A DNA stretch of 62,965 bases, filler included, from Octopus bimaculoides (GCF_001194135.2; 4 parts of 4 records of this genome joined end to end with filler, not necessarily neighbours in it); one strand, 5' to 3'; counted from the first letter of the whole stretch, positions 14,246 through 28,448 are shown. Numbers and translations are program-made. Notes: generated by a model from the sequence alone, not told the origin.

Positions 14246-14652
14246 TTATTTGTAAATAATCAATCATGAAAGTCCACAGATTGTTTATTAGTAAATATAG
14301 AAAAAAGAAACCCAATAAAACCCCTGTTATTCTTCCTTCCATCATTTACCATTTCTTTTAACCAGATTTTATTCTCCCTTCATTTCCATTTCATTAACCA
14401 GATGTTTTTTTCCTTTTTCTCCCCTTAAGATGATGGCTATTTTTGAGAGCAGTTGATCTTATATCGAAGTAATTTAGAATCCTGGAGAAGAAATTGCCCA
14501 ATTCCATAGAGCATATTTCATGGTCCCCGTTTTGATGTGATAATGGCTCTAGAACTGATAGTTTCTTTGTTCATGGTTGCTGCAGTTATCATCGTTAGTT
14601 TGACATTGATCCTGTTGCTATCAGCACTGTTATTGTTGCATTTTAATCGCAG

Positions 14653-14875
14653 ATGTACTCACCACCAAATGTTCAACCTCAGTGAAAAGATACCAGAATA
14701 TTTGGAGACAAAATGCCAATCCAACCCAAATTCAGCTCCAGGACTTTCTTCACATAGAGAATGTGATCAAACTGATCGCTTCTCTTGGATTGGAAGCAAT
14801 ATACCATGTTTCAAACTATCAGGGAAACAAGTGAATGTACTCACAGAACCAACTCAATTCTTTGAGACCCTAAAA
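14653..14875 (+). CDS. PGS1: Internal coding exon of mitochondrial CDP-diacylglycerol--glycerol-3-phosphate 3-phosphatidyltransferase (PGS1), N-terminal part; other exons not seen
   Basis: Acceptor ttttaatcgcag|A (phase 2) and donor AAA|gtaagt (phase 0) with an open frame between. The 3' half, DRFSWIGSNIPCFKLSGKQVNVLTEPTQFFETLK, aligns without gaps to human PGS1 HRFQWIRNLVPEFGVSSSHVRVLSSPAEFFELMK (recalled from memory, not searched). Confidence 0.82.
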
Positions 14876-14890
14876 GTAAGTACTATTATA

Positions 14891-14980
14891 TTTTGTTTCT
14901 TTTTTCTTCAGGAATTTTTTGTTTCTTTTTTTCTTCAGGAATTTTTTGTTTCTTTTTGTTTCTTTTTTCTTCAGGAATTT
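14891..14980 (+). repeat. Triplicated TTTTGTTTCTTTTTTCTTCAGGAATT unit
   Basis: Three copies, each with a polypyrimidine tract plus CAG|G. Confidence 0.8.
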
Positions 14981-16814
14981 TTGGTCATTTTTGTTTTAAT
15001 TTGCTCTCAGGGGCTCAAAAATACATGAGAAGAGAATGCTTCACACATAAGAACATTTCTCTTAACTAAACACACCCAGCCTTTACTGTTGCAACGGTTG
15101 ATGATAAGAAGACCATCCAATTGAAAAAAAAAAAAGAAAACAATTAAAACATAAATGGGCAATGTAAAGGATACTGTCTGGACTGATGGCCTTGTTAATT
15201 TGAAGTGATTGGAATAGCAGAAAAGAATAGAATTAAATGCATGTCTTTAACATTCTATGATATAAGTTCAGATCCTAGTAGGTCTGTCTCATCCCTTCAT
15301 CTCTAACTGTATAATCTTCCCCTTCATAGAACACTACAAATGATTAGGCCAGTGCATGTCTCTAATTTTATAGTGCTAAATGGTTGAGAGTTAAATTTTT
15401 TCTTGAATAGGACAAGTCTTTTACAGGTAACATTTCTTCAGCTTTACAGTGTTGTTGCTGTTTCCAGTGTGAATGATACTACTTTGTGGTATCTACTTAC
15501 AGTTAGGTGGACATGACTGTTCAGAATTAAGTGGCTTGGTCATACATGTCTGACAGGGAAGTTTTGTTTATATAATCAACACTTGATTGATGTTTATCTT
15601 ATTGATTTCTGGGGTTTGAAATGTAAAAATTATCCCATCAGAATTTGAATTCAGAGCATAAAGAGACATAACACAATCAAATACAAAATATTTTGTTTGG
15701 CATTCTACAGCTTATACTATCCACCTCTTATACCTTCAATGAAAGTAAGAATAAGTCATTTAATGTAGAGCAGAGAGAATCCTACCAGTAGGGAGCCAAG
15801 AATAAAAAGAATCTGTGACAATTATACTTGTTACACTGCCAGTGTAGTGTCAGTTATAATAGGGAGGTGTCTGACAAGCTAAGAGAACAGTTCTATTCTT
15901 GATATCATTGAGATACATACCATACTTATGTACTTATCAAATATTCTTATTATTAATAATGTACTATTAACTAGAGCTAACCCATATAACAGAGTTGAGT
16001 TTGTGACTTGGTTTTGATACCTAATTGGAAGCATTCCTCTTCATTTCGACTGTGAATGTCTTTGAGAAATGCATGGACGCCACACATTCCCATATCTTAT
16101 GAATTTGTTGTTTAAAACCCTCTTAATGTCAACTTAGCATTTCATCCTTTCAAGGCCAATAAAATAAGTACTAGTCAAAAACTGGGGTTGATATAATCAA
16201 CTATTCCCTTCCCCCAGTTTAATTTAATTTGTTTTTAATATATCTCATCTATAGAATATAGGGACAGTTTTTGGAGTAGTATTATTGAAACATGAAATAT
16301 ATGAGTACCCAGCTTTTGAAAGTGTCAATCCATCTTCTCCTACTTTCGTTCATTGACATAAAAATGTCTATGTTGGCCTGTTGAGTCTGTTGCAGGAGTT
16401 AATGAAAATAATTCTTACTGTATTTGGCATGTTTCATGCCAGGACTTTGTAGATTTTACATGTTACAGAGATCATGCATCAGTTGTGTGTTTCAAATATA
16501 TGCCTAGATCTTTGTTAGGATCATTAGAACTAAATTTTGCTTTTAACCTCAATGAAATGAGAGCATTTGGTAATCCTTTTTTGAGTCATTCAAAACTATG
16601 CACGTATGCTTGTGTGGCATCAAAAATTTTATTATTTGATGAGACTGGTGAACATTGTAAGTTTCCATTGAAATACTCTTGCAAGGAACTCATGGTAGTC
16701 TTTAGCTGTCTGACTTGCGAATCATTCATCTTTAATCTCATTCCATGCAAGGTTGTAGGTGAAAGTTATGAATGAATTAGGCCATCCAAAATATCTAATT
16801 TATATTATTATGTG

Positions 16815-17642
16815 GAGGGTACCCAAAAGAAACTGGTATTTTCCAATATTATTTTATTCACTTAGTTTTACATGTTTACCCTTTTGTCACTTTCAAAGTA
16901 TTCTCCATTTGAAGCAATGCACTGGTCCAGACACATTTTCCTCTATTTGAAGCAGTGCTGGAACTCTTGTGAAGTGTTGCCATTTAAAGCCTCTGTCATT
17001 TTTCTTCACTTCTGAAAATTCTGTAACACCAGTTTTCATCACCAATGATGACCTTTGAAAAAAGGTCCAGATCAACTTCCAAGTTCAGTTCACAACAAGC
17101 ATTCAGTTATGACTGCTTGTGATCTTCCATGAGCAAGCGAGGCTCAAATTTTGCAGCAACTTTTTTCATTCACAATTCTGTACCCAAAATGCATTGGCAG
17201 GAGCTCCTGGACACACCAGTCATATCAACAAGTTTGTCAGTTGTTCAGTGATGGTCTTCCAAGATCCATTCAGGAATTTTCATGATGTTTTTTCATTCAT
17301 TCGGATAGTTGATGGCTGCCCTGAGTGACGTTGGTCTTCAAGTGACAAGTGACCATTTGTAAAGCATGCAAAACACTCATAAACTTGTGTTTTGCTCATG
17401 GCGATGTCCTTGTAAGCTTTTTGAAGTATGATAGCTGTTTCAGTTGTTGTTTTCTCCAGCAGAAAACAGATTTTCACAGAAGCATACTCCAAATTTTCAC
17501 ATGCATATATTGTAGACTCCCTGTGTAACTGGATGATAGGATGCATAACTATTCAAGGCCTCCTCAGTATGTTTCAGATGTATGAATCAATTCTCAGCTC
17601 CTTTCAGTGGATTCTAATGTAATTTAAACTTTTGGACCCCTC
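16815..17642 (-). mobile_element. Decayed, internally deleted mariner element
   Basis: Imperfect TIRs GAGGGTACCCAAAAG / CTTTTGGACCCCTC. Minus-strand peptides KTTTETAIILQKAYKDIAMSKTQVYECF...EDQRHSGQPST (HTH) and a degenerate ITGDETW-like region. Confidence 0.8.
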
Positions 17643-17801
17643 TTTTGCTAACAAATCAATTGCATATGGCTGAAATATTGACTGCAGTATAATGCTTTAA
17701 ATTGGTTGATCGTGAAGTATCTTTGTTTATAGACACCAGATGTTTACATCCTTTATCATTTTATAAGGGCATTCTGCAGTTGGCTAAAATTGTGTCTGTC
17801 T

Positions 17802-17833
<32 letters not shown>

Positions 17834-18698
17834 NNNNNNNNNNNNNNNNNNNNNNNNNNNNNNNNNNNATATATACCCCTACACACACATATATATATAT
17901 ATGCGTGTAACTCATAATTTAATTGTGCTCTACAGCTGCTTTACTGGAATAAAACCTTTATAATTATATAATTAAAATAATTTGATTAATTAATTTAAAA
18001 GTGATGTGTTACCCATATCTCTACGTGAATAGAGTGAAAAAATATGCCTAACATCACTTTTAAATTAATTAATTATGTATTTTAATTACATAATTACTTA
18101 AATAATGAGGTTTTACTCCTTTGAAGCAGCTAAAGAGCATAATAAAATTACGAAGTAGATGTGAAATCTACTTTTCTGCTTTTTATTTTAAATATGTTGC
18201 TCTCCATGATTATTTTATCTGATTCTGTATATAAATGTTAATTTGTTCCTGGGTTTACTGCATTGTTATAATGTATTGGAGTTTAATGATATATTATCAA
18301 TTAATTACTGTTGATACTTAATTACTGTTAATATATGTTTTGATGTATATGCATCTTTCAATGCATACCTATATGCTAGCATGCATACATGCTTGCACAC
18401 ATACATATATATGTACAGACTTACATATGTATATCATTTACTTGTGCATTAATTGCACTTGCATATAAGTCGTACCCCAGTTTTTTCAGTTAAAAAGCAT
18501 ATATAAAATAGTGTGATTTGAGCACAAGTAAATAGTGTGTGTGTGAGCGCGCATGTGTGCATATATAATGTGCTTTGGGAGGGTCATTAGGCCAATAATA
18601 ACGACACACACTGGTTCAATATCACTTCTTGATTGTTATTCCCCACCACCCACTGTTCTCCATGGGTGTATCCCTCTACATCTCCAACACCATCTATT

Positions 18699-18739
<41 letters not shown>

Positions 18740-19730
18740 GACTGTCTCTCTATCTTTCTCTCTAGCTCCCGCTCATCTCCCTTCTTCCTTGTTCTACTGG
18801 GGTAGTCAAGTTTCTTCTGTATAGTAAGACAACTATCCCCATTCCTCTATCATACTCTAACCTTTTGCCTGGCACACAGTTACTTCCCTCAGTTCCACTT
18901 CTTCTCTCAACTAATAGGTCTTTGTCTTTCAAGTTACATGGAGACCCCACTGGTGCCACGTGAAAAGCACCTGTGCCAATGCCATGTAAAAAGCACCCAT
19001 GTAAAAAGCACCCATGTAAAAAGTGGTTGGCATTAGAAACTATGTCAAAATAGATGACTGGAGCCTGGTGTAGCTCTCTGGCTTGCCAGCTTTGGTCAAA
19101 CTGTCTAACTTGTGCCAGAATCGAAAATGGACATTAAATGAGGAATATGATGATGATGAGTAAAAAGCTGAACTTAAAAAATGAGAGAACACATCAAATA
19201 ATAATCATCTTCACAGATATCATCATCATCACATTGCAGGAAGCAGAAAACTACCTTGCCTGTTCTCTAATGCTTGACATTGTATAGGGATCTTTCTCCA
19301 GACACTATCCTGCAGTAAATGAATGTTTAAGCAAAACACATACTCTGTGTATGTGCCACTCATATTTCATAATTTAATGTTCTTTCACTATTTTCATATA
19401 AGTCATAGACCAGCAATCCATTTTGTTTTGAGGTGATCGGAGTACATGCTATTGATAAACCACAATCATCATCATCATCATAATCTTTAATGTCCATTTT
19501 CCATGCTGGCATGGGTTGGACAGTTTAACAGTTGGACAGTTTGGCCAGCTGGGGAACTGTTCAGGCTTCAATTGTCTGTTGTGGTATGGTTCCTATGGCT
19601 GGATGCCCTTATTGGTATCTAACATTCTTGATCTCTTTGGGATGAGTTGTCTCACCTGGTCTTTGATATTCAGTGTTCTGTAACACTCAATGTTGTGTAG
19701 AGGTTATTCTTGGATGCTACCTCACAACAA

Positions 19731-19885
19731 ATGGATATACAAAACACGTTATGTATGCACAACCAATAATGTTTACACACATGTGTGTGTGCGTGTGTAC
19801 GTGTGTGCGTGTGTGCGTGTGTGCATGGTATGTGTGTAAACATTATTGGTTGTGCATACATAACGTATGTGTTTTGTATATCCAT
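19731..19885. repeat. Inverted repeat (~52-bp arms) enclosing a (GT)-type microsatellite
   Basis: ATGGATATACAAAACAC...AACCAATAATGTTTACACACAT and its reverse complement differ only by a 4-nt indel. Confidence 0.8.
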
Positions 19886-20690
19886 CCCTCATCCATTTAT
19901 ATATANNNNNNNNNNNNNNNNNNNNNNNNNNNNNNNNNNNNNNNNNNNNNNNNNNNNNNNNATATATATTCTCTTACTTGTTTCAGTCATTAGACTGCAG
20001 CCATGTTGGGGCACCACCTTCCTTGAGTTTCTACACACAGTTTCCATCTATCACATTCAGTCTTAAGATATTAGCCAGCCTGGGGTTATTGTAGAAGACA
20101 CTAACCCAATGTGCCATGCAGTGGGACTGAACCCAGAACCACATAGCTGCCAAGCAGATTTCTTAGTTACACACTCATGCCTGCACTTATATTAACAAAA
20201 AAAAAATGTTAACGTTAGGTAGACTATTGAGAGTTTATTGTCTTTTCCAGAGACACATTGCAGTGTTGTTACTAATGGAATGTGAGCCACAAACCCTAGC
20301 TTGTAGCCTGCTTCCCCATGGAATCAGTCAGCTGTGGTTCTCTTCATCAGATGCAGCTCATATTGTTTAACTTATTCTGTTATTAACTGGAAGGGTGCTA
20401 TTTTCCAAACACTGAATTCTCCAATGAGAAACAAATCATACTTGTGTCAGATTTAACTCAAGTGTGGGAACTGTCCATTTCTCACTACTTCCATCAAACC
20501 CTCATCTATTCCTAGTCACTCTTTCTTTTATTTTTATTTTCTTCTTTCCATAGACCATTGAAGCAAATAGCTATTTAATGAGCTGGAATGTTTTTCAGTT
20601 ATATTCTAGAAATTCTTGGTAAATTTTTAGTGGGTTGTTGTTGGAGATGAGGTTGTAACACCTAAAATTAGACATATATGCTATACATGC

Positions 20691-20724
<34 letters not shown>

Positions 20725-23109
20725 TACACACTCATAAATTTAATCTTTGCTTTTCTTTTTCATTCCTTTGCTGCATCCTATCTGTTTTTCTTTTTCTCCT
20801 CCTCTTCCTATCTTGTCTTCCTCTCGTTCTCTGTCTTTCGTTTTTGGTTCACTCTTCCTCATTCTTTCTCTGTAAGATTGAATATATATCTCCCTATTTC
20901 ACTGACTCCTCTCCCTCTCTTTTATTGTTGCTTATTTCCTTTTCTTATATATAACCTATTTCACTTTAAGGTCACAGTTGGCTATTAAGGGGATAGGGTT
21001 GCAGTGACCTTTCAAGAGTACTCAGTCTTTTTTGGGGTGTTTTTGGGACTATACTTATTACCTGGTTAACACTGTACCTTTCATAGTGATTGTTGATGGT
21101 AAACATAGTCTTTCTAAATTTCAGAAAGAATAATACTTTTTAACTGCTTTCAGTTATGTTTTATTTCTATTTAAAAAAAAGTTTTTATCAAAAAGTAAAT
21201 GGAGTTTTTCTTTGATGTCCTTCATATGTCTCTTCCAGACAATCTCAATTGTTTCTTTTGTGCTGCATTACAAAAGCAGATGTCATGTGTATGTGTGTAT
21301 TTGTGAGTGTGTGTGTATGTGTGTGTGTGTGTGTATGTGTGTGTGTGTGTGTAGTGCATGTGTGTGTAGTTTATGTAATTTCCTCAGCTTTCATTTTTTA
21401 AATGTTTCAGGACATTAAAGGTTGGTGCAAAGAAACTTTAGCATTTTGGGACATTTTACATTTCTCAAATAAGAAAACAAACAAACAAATAAACAATTTG
21501 AATAGATTCTTTTCTTTTTGTTTCTAGGAAACACCCACTCTCAGAATTCAAACTTCTATTCTCCATCCTGTACACTGTGTTGTTGGGCAAGTTATGCTAC
21601 TTTACTTACCTCACTTAACTAGACCAACAGACTGGCCAATGGGTTTTTGGTTAGCATTAAGAAGGGCAGTTGAAGTCCAAAAATAGTAAAGTACCAGACC
21701 AAATACCTGGCAGTATTTAGTCTTATTTCCATTGCATTTCATGTAGAGGTTGACCTTGTCTTTCTTGGATTGATATAATAAATGCCAAATATGTACTAGT
21801 GTTGATGTGAAGTGACTGTATCACTCCTAAAGGCAGTGAATTAGCAGTGTCAGTAGAGTGTTAAATTAAATGCCTTGTGGAAATTTGTTCAGGGTGTCTG
21901 TACTCTAAGTTCAAATCTCACTAAGGTCAGATTTATTTTTTATCCTTTCTGAGTTGATAAATAAAGTACCAGACCAGAGCAGTGTATTTGCAGGATTGTT
22001 AGAATATTAGACAGGATTCCTTTCAGCATCCCTTTTGGTTGTTCACACTCTGAGTTCAAAGTCACTTCTAGACCACCATTAGAGTGAAATAGTCTCTTCT
22101 GGGTGTACTAATAAAACCAAAATAGTCACCAAGTTCTGAATTTCCATCTTCATTCAATAGGAACAATCTAATAACAGAAAGTCTGCCAAAGATTGAATAC
22201 ATATTCTTTGATACTGTGAAATGATCCATCAGGAGACTCCATCTTCTTTATCATGCTTCAATGATATAAAAGAAATGTACTTACGTTCTTATTCTTATTT
22301 AAATTATAGTGAGGATTTAGAATATGTAAACTTACTTCAGTTCTTCTGGTCAAAAGCACGAATATGTAAATTAGTCTACCCACTAATGTGTTGTCCTAAT
22401 TCCTAATTGATATTGTTGTGCATAAGGAGATATTTTATACTGATGATAATAGTTTTTGATGTTGTGGTAGTGGTGGTGCTGATAATGTCAATTTATGGCT
22501 TGGGGCCAATATAAGAAAATCATTAAGCAGTACATTTGATAGTGCAAATAATCAGATTTCTCAAATTAGCCTAACATGGAAACTTGGATATCTGATCTGA
22601 TTTTTCATTTCCTCTTCAAAACATCGCTGTTGTTTCTATCATTAAATGGATGTCAGAAGTGTGATACTGTATTGCCATAAAACGTGAGCAATGTAAACAG
22701 AACTTTGTACAAACAGAATGAGTGAAAAGGATATCTATGCTATGGTGAAGAAAGCTGCTTATTAATTAGCTATGGATATTTAACTTTCACTGAATGTAAT
22801 CAATTATTAAAATGTACACTGTCTAGAAAATTGTCATAAATTCCAAATTTAATATATATTTATCAAAATGTAGTATTCAAGTTTCTGTTATTATTGAAGA
22901 TTTAACTACATGCTTGAATCAGAAAACTAAATTTTATTCACTGCATAGTAAGGATTTTTTTACATCTTCCATTCAGATCTCTTTTCTACTGTTTGAATCC
23001 CTTCTAGACCCTAGTATTTATGTCTATAAGTTTGGTATTTACTTTATTGATCTCTTTTGCTGAATGGATGGGGAACAAACTCAGACATATGCACATACTC
23101 TCTCTCTTT

Positions 23110-23520
23110 ACTTTTTTACTCTTTTACTTGTTTCAGTCATTTGACTGTGGCTATGTTGGAGCACTGCCTTTAGTCTAGCAAATCGAGCCCAAGACATATT
23201 CTTTGTAAGTCTAGTACTTATTCTATCAGTCTCTTTTGCCGAACTGCTAAGTTATGAGAATGTAAACACTCCAGCATCGGTTGTCAAGTGATGTTGGGGG
23301 GGGGGGAGACAAACACAGACACACAAACGCACACACACACATATATACATATACACAACGGGTTTCTTTCAGTTTCTGTCTACCAAATCCACTCACAAGG
23401 CTTTGGTTAGCCCAAGGCTATAGTAGAAGACACTTGCCCAAGGTGCCATGCAGTGGGACTGAACCCGGAACTATGTGGTTTGTAAACAAGCTACTTACCA
23501 CACAGCCACTCCTGCGCCTA
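23110..23520 (-). mobile_element. SINE family D, full length
   Basis: Reverse complement of 38993-39392. Confidence 0.75.
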
Positions 23521-24807
23521 TACAAACATATATATATATGTATGTGTGTGTGTGTGTGTGTGTGTAAATATAAATATGCTGGTATTCCATACAGTTCCAT
23601 CTACTAAATTCTCTCAACAAGCATTGGGTAGCCTGGGGCTTATCCAAGTGCTGTGCAGTGGGACTGAACCCCAAACTACATGGCTGCAAAGTAAACTTCT
23701 TACCCACACAGCCATGCCTAAAAAAAGGATTTTCTTTTGACATTCAGAGTTATTGTTGTAACTTAGCCCCAGGTCAGGAGGTCAACCTTGTTCCAGCAGA
23801 CCTATGATTGAAGACTCTATAACTATAATCATCATTTCTTGTTTTCAGACATAGTGTACTTAAGACTACATTATTCAATGTGCCTCTTTTCTAAGATGGA
23901 AGAGTGTAATTGGAGAAAGATTTGGCTGCTATTTTTAGCAGGTTGAGCTGATACAAAGGGGCTTCCTAGTTGGCATGTTGTTGTGAGATACTGTGATATT
24001 TATATCTTTCCTAAGGATATTAGCAATGTAAGCAAAATGATAATTGTTCTAAATTGAAATTTGGAGCTTGGAGAAGTCTTGCTACACATATATCTCCACA
24101 TCAATCCTCTTCTCCATAAGCAATGAGAATAGTGGTGAGGATGATGATGATGATGATGATGATGATTGTGTGATAGTAGTAGTGGTGGTGGTGGTGGTGG
24201 TGGTGGTGGTGGTGGTGGTGGTGGTGGTGACTGTGGCAGTGGTAATGATTCCTACATTGTTTTGAAATTTGAGAGTTTCAAATGCAGCAAAGATACCAAA
24301 GGAAAAAAAAATTGATTCACACTTTATGGGGGAACAACACCAGCCAGCCAGTTTCCTTCTGGCTTCTTATGTTAAATTCATAGCTTGAAAATCCTGGAAT
24401 TTGATCTTGTAAAGTGATTAGTTAGGTGCTTCACCAGAGATTCCAACTTCTGGTGTGCTAATTAGGGAAAGAAAAGTTCCGTGTCTTCGTAAGAAACCAA
24501 ACAATCACCATATTTGCTGGAAAACCATAAAGAATCAAAAATGAGGTGTAAGCTTTTAAAAGATTGCGTTATCAATTCTTCATATTTTCCTTATATTATA
24601 TCTATATATCTTTACCATCATCTACCAACTTCTATTTTTTTTTGTCTTAAATTACAATGTTTTCTTGTATTCTCTGTTTGTTTAACTTGTGCAGATCAGT
24701 GCTTATGTCTCCCTCGTCACTTTACTCCAAGTGTAGCAATACACATCTATCTAATCTTATAACGTGTTCATAAAAACACCTTTTGCAAATACATCTGTTC
24801 ATGGCTG

Positions 24808-24870
<63 letters not shown>

Positions 24871-24926
24871 NNNNNNNNNNNNNNNNNNNNNNNNNNNNNN
24901 NNNNNNNNNNNNNNNNNNNNNNNNNN

Positions 24927-24977
<51 letters not shown>

Positions 24978-25370
24978 GTATACATAAGTGAGTTTGGAGG
25001 GATATATTATCTGGGCGGATACAGTATTAGCTCTCTGTTAAGTTCCAGTCAACAGTTAACCACAATGATCAGTATTTAACATCTGTGACTAATGACCAAA
25101 TGGATGGACCCTGTTGAAGCTGCACTGACTATAATGCAAAGTTGCATTTACAATAGTGAATAGTTGGTGTAGCAGAAACATGTGTAGGTCATTATGTTAT
25201 TCTGTATATAACTATTAAATAAATTTTGTGGCTGTACAAGTCTCTATACTTATTATTAGTAATAATTACATGTGTATATATATATATATATGTTTGCATA
25301 TGTGAAAGCATTTGTATGTGTGTATGAATATGTTCATAACTTTTATTGACTGCAATACACAAACCATATG

Positions 25371-25595
25371 AAGGCAGTGAGCTGGCAAAAACATTAGCAT
25401 TTCAGATGAAATGCTTAGCGGTATTTTGTCTGTCTTTACATTCTGAATTCAAATTCCGCCAAGGTTAACTTTGCCTTTCATCCTTTCGAGGTTGATAAAT
25501 TAAGTACCAGCTACATACTGGGGTCGATCTAATCGACTGCCCCCCCCCCAAAAAAAAAAATTGGGTGCCTTCTGCCTAGAGTAGAAAAGAATATA
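25371..25595 (+). mobile_element. SINE family C (Meta-domain-like core). Related copies near 30447-30693, 35321-35523 and 42617-42835
   Basis: AAGGCAGTGAGCTGGCA...GAGTTCAAATTCC (B-box-like) and core TTTGCCTTTCATCCTTTCGAGGTTGATAAATTAAGTACCAG, resembling the MetaSINE/Sauria core as recalled. Confidence 0.7.
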
Positions 25596-26598
25596 GAAAC
25601 CATATGTCATTGTAGAGAACATTTTGTTGAGAAAAACCAGTGGAGCTGTTGTTTATATATTTCCCTCTTTACTTTAATTATTATCTTCAAGCTGCAGATG
25701 AATACAAACTATGGCAAGGAAAAAAAAACAAATAAAAACAATTACAAACCATAGAAATAATTACATTACAAATGTACATTTTCACAAACAAACGTACATG
25801 TATAAATATATGCAGTAAACTCCCTCTTATAGTTGGAATTCTTAAGCAGCCAGCACCCAGAAAAAATGAAAAAAAAAAAGAAAATGTTAATTAGAGTAAA
25901 AAAAATGCGTGTTAATTAATTTGTCATTAAAAGAAAGTTTCTACTGTATCTAAAATGGATTGTTGCTTTTCAAACTACAGTATAGTATTATTTTATTGTA
26001 CTGCATTTGCAGTACCTCTATTTTATTAGGTTAATACAAGTTGTTCTTTACTTAAATTATACTTCCATTTCTTCCTATTTCTCTCATTTTTTATGTATTC
26101 TGATTATTTCTGAATATTAATGATAATACTGATAATTAAGGAAATGTTCTCTATGTGGCCTGTGTGTTTTCTGTACTCTGTTTATCATTTTGTCCACATT
26201 TTTTTGCAACGTCCTGTACCCAGATATGCATCTATATATACATGTCGATGTAAGTATGTACATACATGCACGTATATATGCATATACTCATTTATTATTT
26301 GTATTATATATATATATATATATATATGTCGTCAGTAAATCATAAATCTGAAAGAGAAGCACACTCTAAGTTATAGAGTAATTAGATAAAGATAGTTATT
26401 GCTGGTCTATGGGGTTACCCTGGGTTTCATGTCTATAAAGCACTTAGCTGCAGAGCATCTCTTCAGAGAGTATTAATGAGTTTTGTAAAGTGCTATAGTA
26501 ATTTAAAATGTTGTGTTCAGATAATCCAGAAAGTTCAGTTATTTGTCAACCTTCTGTTCCTAGTGGTACCTGATAGCATGGAGCTTACTGTAGGTAGA

Positions 26599-26980
26599 TT
26601 GTTGTTGTTGTTGGCACTCTGTCGCTTACGACGTCGAGGGTTCCAGTTGATCCGATCAACGGAACATCCTGCTCGTGAAATTAACGTGCAAGTGGCTGAG
26701 CACTCCACAGACACATGTACCCTTAATGTAGTTCTCGGGGATATTCAGCGTGACAAGGCTGACCCTTTGAATTACAGGCACAACAGAAACAGGAAGTACG
26801 AGTGAGAGAAAGTTGTGGTGGAAGAGTACAGCAGGGTTCGGCACCATCCCCTGCCGGAGCCTCGTAGAGCTTTAGGTGTTTTCGCTCAATAAACACTCAC
26901 AATGCCCGGTCTGGGAATCGAAACCAGGATCCTACGACCGCGAGTCTGCTGCCCTAACCACTGGGCCATTGTGCCTCCAC
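26599..26980 (-). mobile_element. Full-length tRNA-derived SINE, family A
   Basis: Minus-strand head GTGGAGGCACAATGGCCCAGTGGTTAGGGC (A box) and GGTTTCGATTCC (B box); (CAA)n tail; near-identical copies elsewhere in the window. Confidence 0.85.
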
Positions 26981-28407
26981 TATAGATAGATGCACACACA
27001 CAAATACACATACATATGATGGACTCTCCCATCGAGGATGATAGATGAGATTTCAACTTTTCCTGAACAACCTGCAAAAATGATTTGTTTATAGTGATCA
27101 AATGTTCATGCTGCTCATTAGATCACTCCATCAAATTGATGTCTGAACAGGTGCACTGCAAACCACATGTCAGGTGTCAAAGTGCTCACAGAGTGACATG
27201 AAATGAAGCGTTTTTGCTCAAGAACACAATGCACCACCCAGTCTAGGAATTGAAACTTTTATCTTGCAATTGTGAGTGTAACTGCCTAACCACTATGCCA
27301 TGTGCCCTCGCACACTTATACATATACCAAAACATGTATGCTATTTCAGTCAATCTTAATTACATCATTTTGTTAAAAGCATACATTTTGAAAATACTGA
27401 GCAGTTTAGCATCATATCTATGGAAGATTGTTTGGTAAAATGCATATGCAAATAATATCAATTCTGAGTGATTGCATAAGATCTTTTTTATTTTTAATTT
27501 TGAGTATAAATTGGGCAAAATGTAGCATGTAAAAGAACATTTACAAGATTTCATATGAATAAAATGATTTTGATGCTTCCTTTTTCATGCTAAGTAGTCA
27601 GAACTTCATGTTCACAAAGAAATCAATAACAAACGAGTCAAAAAACATTTATGTTTCTCTTGCTATATCAAAGGATTAAAATGTATTGAAGTTCTGATTT
27701 CAATGTGTTTTTATCTTGTTTTTAATTGCTTTATAAGCGTTCTGCGATAAATAAATCTTCCTTGTAGAGATAAAATTTGTGAAAAAAAGTAGAACCAAGA
27801 AGTGAATGGATGCTTTATTGTTGTTTACTTTATCAACTGAATTAGCTTGTGATTGCCTCACTATATTTATTTAATCTGCATGATCCTGTTGTTCTCATTG
27901 AGTAATTCAAAGTGTGTGAAAGTCATTGTGGAGATGTATGAATCTGGCTAAGCCTGGGTAATTGAAGAATACCAAAGGGAATTACAAAACCTCATTGTGT
28001 AATCGAAATATATCAAATGGAATTTGCAAGCATCATAGTGAAACACTTATTTTGTAGATACATACAAAAAAAAAAAAAATGGACAGGGTGGAACATACAT
28101 AAATTAAGTGTATACAAGATGTACCATAAGTAAAAATATATTTTATTCTTGTTTTATATAATCAATGCATGAATAACATAGCCATAATACTTTACTACTG
28201 TCAATATTTTTAAGAATATCATAATTCATTGCCTGCTTTGTGAATTCAGTTAATTGCATTTGAATCTAATTACTAAGGTTGCCATAAGATTGACAAATAT
28301 ATATATCTTTAGATACATACATTTATGTACAATTGTATATTCAGTAGATTTAGTAGAGCTTATTGTATTGATGTATCTCAATAATAACTATAATAATGCT
28401 TATATCT

Positions 28408-28448
<41 letters not shown>

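Noticed and set aside
14537-14652. Hydrophobic N-terminus of ORF 14537-15028, resembling a signal or transmembrane segment
   Set aside because: It lies upstream of the acceptor at 14651-14652 and is most likely intronic read-through. Only 14653-14875 resembles PGS1.
22140-22440. Short ORF and two gtaagt donors on the minus strand
   Set aside because: No coherent exon chain and no recognisable peptide.
24300-24560. Moderately complex sequence with acceptor-like sites on the minus strand
   Set aside because: Stops in all frames; no PGS1 or FN3 motifs.
26886-26980. tRNA-like sequences at SINE heads (also 52913, 54680, 37285, 38993)
   Set aside because: They continue directly into SINE bodies, so they are counted as SINEs rather than tRNA genes.
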